From NCBI GenBank assembly GCA_001179505.1, contig CDMY01001064.1:62001-126000 (forward strand): DNA of 64,000 nt, read 5' to 3'. Under the pieces are notes generated by a model that saw nothing but the letters and a program-made list of their open reading frames with translations, had not been told where the DNA came from and made no database searches. This DNA is from Vitrella brassicaformis CCMP3155 (taxonomy: Eukaryota > Protista > Chromerida). Below are positions 1 to 12,355 of this stretch, one piece after another. Made by a program: the position numbers and the translations under genes. Each line of letters opens with the position of its first letter. Within the stretch, counting starts at the first letter, position 1.

Positions 1-211
1 TTGGCGGCGTCCGCAAGGGGTCATCCATGCCAACAGGTGCATCAGCAGAAGCTTCATCAGCAGCCGGTGCAGGGGCACTATCGGCCTGCGTTCTCCTGAT
101 CTTCCTCGGCCGCCGCCGCCTTCTGACATGTTGGGTGCGAGCTGCTGCCACTGCAGAGGCAGACTCAGCGCTGGCGGCGCTCAGAAGGTAGGCGAAGCGA
201 CGAATGGACAT
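1..211 (-). CDS. Possible coding exon of an unknown gene running off the left edge of the window (divergent from SEC16)
   Basis: Minus-strand frame open from ATG at 211 to base 1 (MSIRRFAYLLSAASAESASAVAAARTQHVRRRRRPRKIRR...). A gtaagt-type donor near 320 suggests further upstream exons. No recognisable domain. Confidence 0.3.
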   Translation of the reverse strand, partial: MSIRRFAYLLSAASAESASAVAAARTQHVRRRRRPRKIRRTQADSAPAPAADEASADAPVGMDDPLRTPP

Positions 212-726
212 CTTCTCACTCGGGATGATTGATTGGCATGCCTGGCGTGTGCACACACCTGCCACACGCACAGAAGACCTGTGCTGCCTGTCCGTCTTTG
301 TTCCAGCTCTTTTACTTACGGTATCGCTTCTTCTCTTCGATGGACTCCCACAGATCACATTGCCTTTCCCTTCAGCATTTCACCTCCCATCGCGTCGCTG
401 TGCGAGCTTCCAGTGGGCGAGCTTGGCTCGCGAGGGGGGAAGAAGGACAGGAGGACGCGATATATCGCGCATCGAGGGAGCGCAGCATAGCAAGCTTCCA
501 AAGATCTCTTTGAGGATCTTCAAGTGGCACACGTGGAGCAGTCAGTTGCGGCTGAGACGAAGGTGTTCCATTGACGCCAGGCCAGGTGAGTGAGGGGATG
601 GGCAGCAGGGGGGGTAGCGCAGAGCAGACAGATCGACCACCGTCCTCGCCCAGTCCTTTTCCCGCGCCTGTGCGTCTATGCTGTTCGGTTGTGGTCAGAC
701 CAGGCGGTCTTAATCCATCTGTCCCG

Positions 727-3700
727 ATGAGTGATCCCCAAGCGCCAGCGGACTTCCATCCCCCCAAGGCCGCCCCTCTGCGCGATGACCTCTTCGGTCC
801 AGCTGACGACGACTCATTCATGAGGGCCCTCGCACAGCCCCAGCAACAACAACAGCAGCAGCAACAGCAGCAGCAGCAGGCACCATCAGCGGGGAGCACG
901 TTTCCATCTTCCACAGCCCCGCCGTCGGCAGGCGGTCCGGCAGGGGCAGTGCCGCAGCCATATGTGGGTGTGCAGGGCGGCGTCAAGACCAACACGGCAC
1001 AGCTGTTCGGTGATGACGATGCCACCGACAGTGTGTTCGCCACTGATCCATGCAGACCGGGATTCCATGGTGAGAGAGGAGGGAGGGTGCGAAGGAAAGG
1101 GACAAAGGAGGAGCTTCGGTTGACCGTTCGTGGTATGTGTTTCTGACATCAGATTCTTCATCGGCTGCCTCTCCGGCTCTGGGTTTGTCATCCCTGACGG
1201 CGCCATCGAGTGAGCGTCCGTCGCTGTTCCCCCACTCCCCTGCCCCCGTCCACCCCTCACCCGCCCAACACCAACAACAACACCAACAGCAACAACAGCA
1301 GCAGCCCTTCTCGTTCCAGTCACCCCCACCACCGCAACAGCGGCAACAGCACCGACACCAGACATCCCCCGTGCCATCCCCCATACAGCTGCATAACGGT
1401 CCCGGTATTGCCGTGAGGGGCGCACACGAGGAGGGTGCAGCGCCAGCGCCTTCTGTGGCCGTGCAGCCACCGGTCAACCCCTTCGTGACATCCCCGCCGA
1501 CGTCCAACACGTCTCTCGACACGGCCCCATCGAGCACCACCACCACCACCACCACAACATCGGCCTTCTCACGGTCCATCTCGCCACCGGCCTTCGCGCA
1601 GCAGGCGCCATCCACCGCCGGAGCGTCCACACCGGGGAGGCCCGCACCCATCGTGAGTCCGTTCCGGCCGTCGACAGGGGCGTCTCCCGTTGCCTCGCCG
1701 GGTGTGGCGCCCGTCCCGGCCAGCACCACCACGCCCCCGCCTCGCCCGAGCCCCCACACACCCATCCCGGCGGCCACTCAGGGACCATTCGCGCCACAGG
1801 CACCATCCCAGCCGGTGGCCCCACCACAAGTGCCGGTCAGTCTGGCCGTTGGCCCTGGGCCGGCGTCGACAGCAGCTGGGGGAGGTTTGTCGCCGTCGCA
1901 GAGGGTGTCGGGTCGACCCAACTGTGCGGTGTTTGCGTTTGGGTTTGGCGGCAAGGTGGTGACGATCATCCCCACGAAGCCGACCCACAAGTTCCAGACC
2001 GTCACGATGCCGGGGCCGTGCGAGATACGCCGGCTGGTCGACATCCTCCCGACTTCGCCCAGCCCGTCCCACAGACGGTGGGCAGAGAGCGTCCTGGCCT
2101 TCCCAGGCCCTCTGGGGCATTCCGACGAGCAACTGTCGCAGCGTTTGGTGGAGTTCGTGACCAAGGAGATCGAGGGTGGGTGGGCGAGTGGGGAGAGGAG
2201 GGCCATCCAACGTGAGCCGCTGCTGCAGCTGCTGCGAGCCCTGGTGCTGGCCAAGGGGCAGCTCTACGCCAAGGAGTGCAAGGAGCAGGTCTGCGACTTC
2301 CTCATGCGCCTGCAGGAGTCACCCGCATTCGCATCACACCCATCCCGCCCACCGTCCACCCCGCCCAGTCAGCCCGCCGACACGCAGCCACACCAGCCGG
2401 TTCCCCTGGAGAAGGAGGCGAAAGAAGTGGCCCAGTACGTCACATTTCTGTCACAGCACGACGTGGATGAGTCGGTGCGGTTTGCTCTCGAGCGGGGTCT
2501 GTGGGCGCACGCCTTGGTGACGTCGACGGTGAGCCCCAGCGGTTTGGAGGCCTTCAAGGGGTGTGTGGCGCAGTTCGCCGAGAATATGGGGCAGCTGCCG
2601 GCCGCCCCGGGTGGCGGTGGTGCGGATGGCGAGGGCGTGAAGGAGGCTGAGCGGCAGGCGAGGGCGCTGAGGACATTCTACCTGCTGCTGGCACAGAGGG
2701 ACGTGTCCATCTCGCAAGGTAGGTAGGAAGACCGCCCAGCTTCCATGCCATGTGAGAATAGGGGCCTCTGGATGTGGTGTTTGTATGTGTCTTGGTGTCA
2801 TGTTGGTTGTGCATTCATTCAGGAGTGTTAGCGTCGTGGCCGGCGCAGGTGGCTTTGGTGTGTCGTCACCTGCTGCCCAACCACAAGGCCGCCCAGCGAT
2901 TCCTCGCAAAGCTGGGCGACTTCATCGAAATGCACCTGCAGGTCGCTACACACACCTACAAAGACACATACATACATGCAGACAGACAGACAGACGTTGA
3001 CCAGCCAAATGTGTCCCTCCCTCCCTCCGTCCGTGTGTGTGTTGTGATCATTCATTAAGGACACGCCTGCGTCCCACGTGTGTTACCTGTTGGGCGGCAT
3101 CACACCCGAGTCGGTGGACAGCCTTGCGGCCAGGCTGGCGCTGCTCGGTCAGTCCACAACACGTCACGCACAGCGCTTGGATGGCTGGATGGATGGCTAG
3201 AGGTGTGTGTCACTTGTTTACTTACAGGCATCGACCACCGTCAGACCAAGAATTTCTACCGGTTGCTGGAGCCGTCGTGTCTGCAGCTAACCGAGATACT
3301 CGAATACTCCATGAGATACCAAAACCCACAGGTCTGTGGTGTGGGTGCACAACACACACACATGTTCTCGCCTTCACCTGTCCTGTCCGCCTTGCGTGTG
3401 TGTGTTATCTTCTCCCTTGGCCAATTTGCCTGCAGTTCTGCCTGCCGTCCATCCAGCCCTTCAAGCTCTCGTACGCACAGCTCCTCTGCGACATGGGCCA
3501 ATACGAGCAGGTCAGGTCGGCATGGCATGACTTGCTGCGTCAGCTTAGCGAACATCGAGTCAATCTTGCTCCATGCCCTTTCTGAGCAGGCGGCCAAGTA
3601 CGTGGCCTTCACACAGGCCTTCGCACGCACCGTGCCGGCGTCGCACTTCTCCGAGGGCTTCAGGACGTACCTCAGAGAACTCGAAATGCGCATCAAAGAA

Positions 3701-3775
3701 TCGGGCGGCGCCAAAAAGGTCAGCTAACAAACACCCAACTCACCCGCACCAGGCCAGGAGAGAGTGCGTCCATCC

Positions 3776-3806
<31 letters not shown>

Positions 3807-5021
3807 AGGGCCGCGGGGCACTCGCGGGTCTGTCAGTGAAGGCGACAGGCGAGGTTGGCCAGGCCCTGAGCTCGCTGTGGGGCGGCATCAAGGGCATCGC
3901 GTCGACCTTCACGGGCAAGACAGAGGGGGGAGGGGAACACCCGTCCTATCCCTCCAGCCAGGCCTCGGCATCCCCCCTGCCCTACCAGCCATCCTCTCCA
4001 CCGCCTGTGCCACTCCCATCAAGCGCTGGATCGACCATGCAGCCGCCATCGGTGCAGCAAGCCGGGCTGCTCAGAGGTGAGAGACAGGCAGGCAGACATG
4101 CAGGCTGCCATATCAATGGTGTGTGCATGTGTGTCAGATGCCATGTCGAGCCCCCCTCCTGCCGGCGGCAGCGGCAGCCGTGGCGGTGGCATGTCTGTCG
4201 GCCGGGTGATGTCATCACCGCCCTCCACTCAGCCCACCATGGGCAACGGCCAGCAGCAGCAGCAGACGTTGCTAGGGGACGTTTGGGGTAGCATCAAGAA
4301 GGCCTTGCAGCCGGAGGAGCGGCAGATCGGGGTGGAGAACACATTCTACTACGACGAAGTCAAGAAGAGATGGGTCGACAGATGTGAGCCACCACACCTC
4401 CCCTCCCCTCCTCCCCCGTACACACACATCACACCTCTCCCAACCTTTGCTTGTCTGTCTGTCAGCGCGGCCTGAGGAGAGCGAGCCCGAGGCAGCGGAC
4501 AAGGCGCCCCCCGCGCCGCCTCCTCCACCACCCACAGGCATGGGCATGGCGGGCCCGTCGGGAGTCGGCAACCCTCTGCTCAAGCAGAGCGGCGCGGGCG
4601 GCAACGTCAGGAGCCGATATGTCGACGTACTCGCCCCCGCTGCATTGGCCACCAAACCAACAGGTAGGTAGTGTAGTTACACCAACACGGACAGGTAGAA
4701 GAATCGGACGCTTTGTCAATTGGTGTCCTGAGTGGTCTCCATGCAGATGTGCCAGCTCCGGTACAGCCCCCGGCGCTCTCATCTCTGCCAGCAGGGTTCG
4801 TGACGCCCCCTCCCACCCGCATGAACCAGCCACCGCTGGCAGCAAGCCCCCTGGCCACCCAACACCCACACCCATCCACACAACACACGCCTCCGCCCAG
4901 CCAACAGCAGCAGCAGCAGCAGCATCATCCAGGGGCGAGCACCGCACCACCGGGCTCATTGGGTGGCCAGAGCAAGCCTCCTGGGTCGTTCCCTGGTGTA
5001 AAGACCAGCCCCTTTGGGTGA
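727..5021 (+). CDS. SEC16: COPII coat assembly protein SEC16 (multi-exon)
   Basis: Q/P/S-rich N-terminus, then the Sec16 central conserved domain motifs FAFGFGGKVV, GLWAHALV, HVCYLLGG, QLTEILEY and LQPFKLSYAQLLCDMG, then C-terminal ENTFYYDEVKKRWVD and RSRYVDVL. GT-AG introns join these; stop TGA at 5019-5021. Confidence 0.9.
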
Positions 5022-5239
5022 CATCGATGGCGATGGATTGATGATGTGATGTGGTGTGGTGTGGCGTGGTGTAGCTGTCCAGCTCTCTCTTGTGTGTGTT
5101 GCAATGCGTGGACGGACCTTTGGCTGGGTGAACCGTGAGGGTCCGTTGGGGGCACTGGCGGGGTGCACCATGACAGGTGCATGTCTCGCCAGTTCCTCTT
5201 CGAGACCTGCCGTGTCACTCAGCTGACGTACGCACTGGC

Positions 5240-5281
5240 GAGTTAGGGGACGGAAGTGGAGAGTTAGGGGACGGAAGTGGA
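5240..5281. repeat. 21-bp direct tandem repeat x2 (gagttaggggacggaagtgga) downstream of the SEC16 stop
   Basis: Two adjacent identical copies visible in the sequence. Confidence 0.85.
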
Positions 5282-7595
5282 TCGCTCAGTGGTTCGCGCC
5301 TAAGTGGGTCACGACATGGTGTGAGAGGTTGTGTTGTGTCGATCGGATTGAGTGGGCTGGGTCTTTAAGGGCCTCTGATTTGTGTCGCAGCGGGGGCCGT
5401 GGCGTCTGTGTCGGGACTACACGAGAGCATACCTCGGTCGCTTGGTATTTTAAGCGAGTGTGTCCGTGATGATCGTCCGGAATGGATGGCATGGATGGCA
5501 TCGTCTCTGTGTGTGCGTGTGTGTGCGTGGACCGATGCGCTCCGCATGTGTGTGTGTGTGTGTTCGTATCTATCGCAATAATTCGCAATTCGCTGGTTGC
5601 CAATGGTTCAACACTCACTTACTTGTCGCACGCACCAGTGTCAGTCAGGTTGCGTGCCATGCCATGCCCGGATGCCCGTTCTGGTCTCTATCTAAACGTA
5701 CCACGCACCGGTGACACACACGCATGCACACTAAAGAGTCTGTCTTCGGTCTTTCCTGTCTCAGCTGATCCACCACACCACACCACACCATCACTAATAT
5801 GCTTCCGTAACACACAAACAGTGAGCAAACTCTCCCCAGCACTCACACATGCAATGAGGCAAACAATGCACACGCCAACGACTGCCTGTCCTAAGTGAGT
5901 AGGTAGGTAGCTTCAGGTCATTCATCTGTGGAGGGGAGGGAGCCATGCTTCGATATCTATGCGATTGTGGGAAGGGAAACGAGGCCGGAATGTGCGCAGG
6001 CAGGCAGGCAGGCAGGCAGACCAGTAAAGTGATAAGGATCGCCACCCAATGTCAGTCAGTCCACCCATCCATCCAATCATCCAATCATCAGTCCTTCGAG
6101 TCGCTGCCGTTCGGCAGACAGATAGACAGACCAACACACGCACCAACCGACGATGCATGCTCATCGGATGAATGCCCGCTCGCCCCGCCCCGCCCTGGGA
6201 AAATTCAAAAACCCCTCTTCTCTTGTGTTCTCTTCTCTTCTGAGCTGTCATCTTGACGCAAAAAGCGGGCGAGCAGTCCAGACGGACAGACCGCAGAGAG
6301 ACATACATACAGTCACAGCAGACGTACGGAAGGACGCATACCGTGGGTGGCATTCACACACCCACACGGACAGACAGACAGTAGACAAGTAGAAAAACGA
6401 GTGGACTCGCTCGCTGTCCATACGATACGTGGCGTCGGTCATGTGTGTAAGTGGACAGGTGGATGAGTGGGTGGATGGAGGGCTATGGAGTGGACGCATA
6501 CACAGGAGAAAAAGAGGGAAGAAATCGCGACCGTAGCAATCAATCAACGGATGGACCGATGTACGCATTACGTATGTTATGTATATGTATGTCTGTACCG
6601 ATATCTTGTATGTACCGATCGCATTCATAGCCCGTATGTACGTAAAGAGGAGCAAGAAGGAGCCGAGGCAGCAGGGCAAAACCTACACCCAGCACACACC
6701 ATGGCATGCAGCACACACAACACAACACACAACCCGACACACGGCATGTGCCAAAGTGGTGTATAGGTACGTGTGTATGGTGCGGACCCACCAGCCGCAC
6801 CATTCACAAATATGTACGTATGTGTGTGTGTGTGTCTTTGTGTGTGTGTGTGTGCATGTCTGCACCCACGCACCACAGCACAGCACAGCACACCACACCA
6901 CAGCCACAAGGAGGAGAAACAGAGAAATAGAGATGAATAGTCAGTCAGTCGGTTCAAAAAGAAAAAGACAACACGAGAAAACAAGCAAGCCGGGCACTGC
7001 ATTGCGTTGCGTTGCGTGGTGGTGGTGGAGGAGGATGGAGGGAAAGAACCAAGCCAAGGAAGCTGTGAGTGTCTGTCTGTCTCTCTCTCTGTCTCGGAGA
7101 TAAGAAAGAAAAGGAACTCATCATCCATCCATCCATCCACACACACACATACTCATACACACACAGGTGTGCAAGCCTGCACCCGCCAATCACTATTGAC
7201 CTCATTCGTTCTGCCACAAGGCCCACCCACCCACCCTGCCTCATTCCTTCCCGTCTGCCTTTCTGGGTCTGTCTCGCTTCTCTTCATGTCACCCCGGCAG
7301 CACAGCACAGCACACACACTCAGAAGCGGTAAGTGAGCAGGCAATTCATCAGTAAGTGTACCCACCCTTCATTTCATTCTCTCTGCAGCTCTCCTCTCTC
7401 TCAACTCAACAGGTGGGAAGGTAAGTAAGCAAGTAGGTTTGTTGACCCGCCGGCAGGCAGGCAAACAGGCCGGCACTATACATCGATTCTGACCCTCCCC
7501 TCCCGTCCCCTCGCCATCCACCCTAGGTACCTACACCCCTGCCCCTATGCACACCCCGCTCAGCGCACCCCCGCGCCACTCGCACATTGCCTCAC

Positions 7596-10500
7596 TCACG
7601 CCATCACATACTGCAGGATCTCCTCCTTCCCAATCGGCTCAGTAGCAGCAGCAGCCGATGAGAGCCACTCGAGATCGAAATAGGGCCGGAGCCCTGCCAC
7701 GCCGCCACTGCGAACCGGTGAGGCGTTCCGTGGCGCGTCAGACATATCCACGTGCGGCACATCAGCAGAGTCAGCGTCGGCGTCATCATGGTCGTGGGCA
7801 ATCTGCTCGAAGAGCGATGAGACGGACGCCGTCAGCTGCTGCAGGCTCAGCTGCGTGTCGGCGACCAGTCGCCTTCTTCTCGTGGGCTGGCCGTCGATGT
7901 GAGCGAACTCGGCCACCAGCTGCTGGTCCAGCCAGTTGACCGACGAGAAGGGCCCGTCGCCGCCCAGGATCAACGGTGAACCATCCTCCTTCCCCTCAAC
8001 GGGTGGCAGGATAGTGGCCGCCGCATTGAGATTGAGATCGTCACCATCGCGCCCCGAGGTGCTTGTGGTGGAACCGCTGACACTGGCTGGGGAGGGGTAC
8101 TCGACAGAAGGAGAGGGTCCAAGTGGCGCTGTGGTGCCGGTGTCGGTGCCGACTGCCCGGCCTCCGAGGGTGCTGTCTGGGCAGGAGAGCACGGCGTAGT
8201 GGACGCCATCGGGGTCTACGCGGCCCTTGCGGAGGTTGAGCAGCTCCCCCGTGCAGACCGTGCGAGAGTCGCCGGCACCCTGCCACTTGATGTCGCCACC
8301 GGGTGTCTCGGCATAGAAATACCTGACCAACGAAAGATCAAGGTAGACAGATGTGTGTGTATGGTATGTGTCCAGAGGAACGAACGTCGTTGCAGAGCTC
8401 TCCCTCCCTCTCCTCACTGACCAGTCTTCCCGTGTGGATCGGATCTCGCCCCTTGCGTCCCGCAGGAGGTACTTGGGCGCGGTTCCCTCGCCTCCCGCCC
8501 GCGCGGTGCCCCAACACAGCGACTTCCACTCACCGCTGCTCTCGCCCGGCCTCGTGTCATAGTACCGCACGGCGATCCTCACGTCAGCCGGACACTCATT
8601 GGAGACCCAGAAGATGCTCCCCGCCGACTCCTCAAACACCACCTCGGGCGTGCCGCCACCGGTACCGCTGCCTGATGCAGACGTGCTAGGAGTGCCGCCT
8701 CGCGCGTCAGGCTGTGTGAATCCCGCCTCGCCGGGGAGCTCGGGAGGTGGGGGTGGTGGGACGTATGAGGGGCTGCCGGGGCCGGAGGGTGGGGTGGCGT
8801 CTTGCAGGATTTCGGGGGCGTTGCCGTCGCCCTCGACGGTCATCTCGATGGGGATGTCGAGCTTGAACTCTCGGAGCTGGCCAAAGATCTCCCGGTACCA
8901 CTTGCCCTCTAGCCGACCCTTGTGCACACCAGCCTTCAGCCGGCGAGCTGACAGAAAGAGGGACAGAGAATCAGGTTCATCGATCGGATGGATTGAGGTC
9001 CTCATTCATGCTGTGCTGTACTGTGCTTTGCTTTGCTTTGCTTGCTTACCGTCGAGTTTGATGTCGAGTGTTTGTGGTGCGACGGGTGTGATGACCAGGT
9101 CCTGGTCAGAGGGGGCGAAGAAGAAGTGGGGCTCGATCAGCATAGCACGGTAAGCGTTCAGACGACCCCCTATAGGGCACACACAACCCACACACACAGA
9201 AATGAGTCAGTGTCCCCTCCCACACACACATTTATTGCCCGGTGTGTCCTTGCACCCACCAGAGATGGTTCTGTCCTGAAGAGTGGGGTCGGGCCTGGCG
9301 GACTGGACGAGGATGTCAACCACCTGCTGCGGCTGGAGGGAAGGGTTCTGCGCGAGGACGAGTGCGGCGACGCCGCTGGCCATGGGACACGCCATGGAGG
9401 TGCCCGAGGCCGACACGTAGTTCTCCCCCGTGTACGAGGAGGTGATATTGCCACCAGGAGCTGACAGACAGACAGAGAGAGATGGATACATAGATGGATG
9501 GATGGATCAGTGTAAGTGAGTGCCGAGTCCCTGTGTGTGGGATGTGCGTACCTGCGACGTGCACATTGGTGGCGCCGTAGTTAGAGAAGGGACTCAGCTT
9601 CCCGTCCAAACCGTACGATGCTGCACACAGGCGACACGAGACACGCAAGACGAAGATACACATGTGTGCCCAGCGGTTTGCGTCGCGTGTTGTGGTGCAT
9701 GCCATGCATACCGATAGTGAGGGTCCAGTCGCCGATGAGAGACGCGGGGTACTCGGGGTACACCGAGATGTTCAAACCGCTGTTGCCCTGACGAACAACA
9801 CACACACACACACACACACAATTTCCTGTGGCTGGTGTTTGTTTAATTCCTACTTACCGCAGCGGTGATGAAGACAGTGTCGAGGGCGTAGATCATGGCG
9901 GGCTTCATGAGGTCGCGCAGCCTCTGGCGGTCGGTGGGGGACAGACCCGGGTGGCTCCCCAGCGAGTTGTTGATGACGCGCGCGCCGTTGTCGACCGCGT
10001 ACTCGACAGCACGCAGGTGACCCGACAAGTTGCCCTAAACACACACACATAGCCCCGTTCCTTACAAGTGCATTGTCTGGGTCCGTGTGGTTGGTGTGCT
10101 AGCTAGTGACTCACCGCTCCCTCTCCGCCGAGAACTTTAAGCGCCATGATTTTGGCGGTTTTGGAGATGCCGGCGATGCCTCTGCGGTTGTTGGTTCGCG
10201 CGGCGATGACGCCGCTCACGTGGCTGCCGTGGCCGTTGTCGTCCATCGGATTGTTGTTCTGCAATCAACGGACACACAGACATGGCATGGCACCCACAGA
10301 TGCAGACAAGGTAATGTATGTAATGAGGACCGACGTGTGTGTTGATGTGCTGTCCTCACCTTGTCGAAGAAGTTGTAGCCAACAAAGTCATCGACATAGC
10401 CTGAACACACACACGGACAGACAGACAGACACAATGCAATGCAATGCATGCACCTTCCCTTAGCTGCCCTTCGCTGCCCTGCCCTGCCCCCCTACTGACT

Positions 10501-11884
10501 GACCATTGTTGTCATCGTCGACCCCCTGGACGCCGTCGAGCTCCTTCTGGTTGGTCCACATGGTGCCGAACAGGTCGGGATGGCGGTAGTTGACACCCGT
10601 GTCGAGCACAGCCACCGTGATGTCATTGTCGCCCCTGTCGACGGCCCATGCTTGCGGCAGGTCCATGTCCACCGTGGGGTCCCGCTCGCACCGACTGCCG
10701 CCCCTCAGACCCGACGCCACGGGCGGGCAGGCCTCCAGACTCCACTGCAGAGGGAAGTAGGGGTCGTCGGGCAGCACCCACTCACGGCTGCTGTCGCCGC
10801 CCTGCTGCAGACGCAGCGTCAGGTCCGGACTCTGAACGCATTCACACACGTACACGCCGATTACATGCCTGGATGAGGTCACTTTGGTTTGTCAATCCCT
10901 TCCTCCCTCCCTCACCAGCATGGCGATTTTGTTGTCGGGGTCTCCGTCGGCGAATGCCTTGAAGAACTCCTGCATGCCGTGCAGCGTTTTGTCTCTGAGC
11001 TGCACGAGGTCGATCTCGCACACACCCTCCAGCCTCAAATGGTTGACGGCCGTCCCACCACCAGCAGGCGGGGCCGTCGCCTTGGCCCTGATCAACGGCT
11101 CAGTCGACTCACCCTCATCGCGACCAGCAAGGTAGCGGGGAGTGGCTATGTGGTCGGACAGCAGGCGGCGCTTCATCGTCAGTCTCCTCCGGCCACCGCC
11201 CTCATCCGTGTCAGCACTGTCGTCGTCGCACCGCCAGCCGACAATGACCCTGTCGGTGGGGAAGAGCTCCTGCCCGTCGGCATCTCTGTTGTCCTGCAGC
11301 TCCCGCACGTCCACCACCATGCGCAGCCTCTCGCTGCCGACGTCTGTGTCGTCCAGCCGCCGCCTCGCCTCCTCGGCTGGCCGGACGGGCGCGGGGATGA
11401 GCTCCTCGCCATGCTCCTCGCGTGTGACGCGTGCACTGTGCATGCGCTCGCGGGTATGGATGGCGTCAGAGGCGAGGGTCGAGCCAGACAGAGGGGGATC
11501 TGACGCATGCCACGCCACGCAGAGAGAAGACACACCACACCGGTTTCAACACATGCAGGTCAGGGAGAAGCAAAGCATCAAAGCTTGGGTACGTCTGCAC
11601 TTACCGTTGGTTTCTGCCTGCTGTAGTCTCCTGGAGTCCGGAAGCACCACCTCATCGATGTCCGGCTCACTGCGGAACAAGATCCTGGTGCGCTGAAGTG
11701 CGCTCAGCCGTAGGGTCTCGGTCTTGGTCTCTCCCGCCCGAAGCGTCAGCGATATCGATGCTCTGTCCACACTTACGCCGTCCTCCGTCATGCCTTGAGC
11801 CGACGCAAACAGACCGACACGCCAGGCGGACGATGACAGCACCAAAACTGCCGCCAGACAACAGACAGCGGCTGAGCGGCTCAT
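7596..11884 (-). CDS. Secreted subtilisin-like serine protease (family S8, apicomplexan SUB1-like) with prodomain and long C-terminal extension
   Basis: Signal peptide [21 protein letters not shown]. Catalytic Asp [10 protein letters not shown], His [15 protein letters not shown], oxyanion Asn TAAGN, Ser [16 protein letters not shown]. Ca-loop [18 protein letters not shown]; [15 protein letters not shown]. Confidence 0.93.
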
Positions 11885-12355
11885 GTGGAGGTTGTGAAGG
11901 ATGCTTCTGTGCCGTCTTGTCGCCCTCCGGAGCTGTCTGGGGCTCTGGGGAGCCTCCGAGTGGGAAGCGGGAGGGTCAGAGCTCAGTGAATGATGGACGG
12001 GCCTCTCTCGCCGCATCGTTGTGTCTGTCATGGTCGCGTGGTGGGTGGGTGGTTGATTGACGCGGTCGTTCAGCAGCGGCCTTCAGACTGGATTGCCTCT
12101 CCTCCCGGCGGTGAGAGAGTCAGAAGATTTGATACCCAGCGGGGAAAGATGGATGACAACGGATCGATACGAATGGTGAACCTTGACAAGACAAGCTGCC
12201 AGGAGGAGAGAGAGGAAAGGAATTTGACCTGGTGGAGAAAAAAACCGGTTTCACGGAATCCGAGAGGGAGCCTGCGAGCTGAAGCTGCTGAACTTGAGGG
12301 GAAAACTGAGGCAGCCGCGGTCCCACAAGCCAGAGGTGACCGCAGATCTGCCCAC

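Noticed and set aside
5240-5281. Short tandem repeats (also 25358-25396) as a CRISPR or telomeric array
   Set aside because: Only 2-3 adjacent copies with no spacers. A single TTAGGG per unit is not a telomeric tract.
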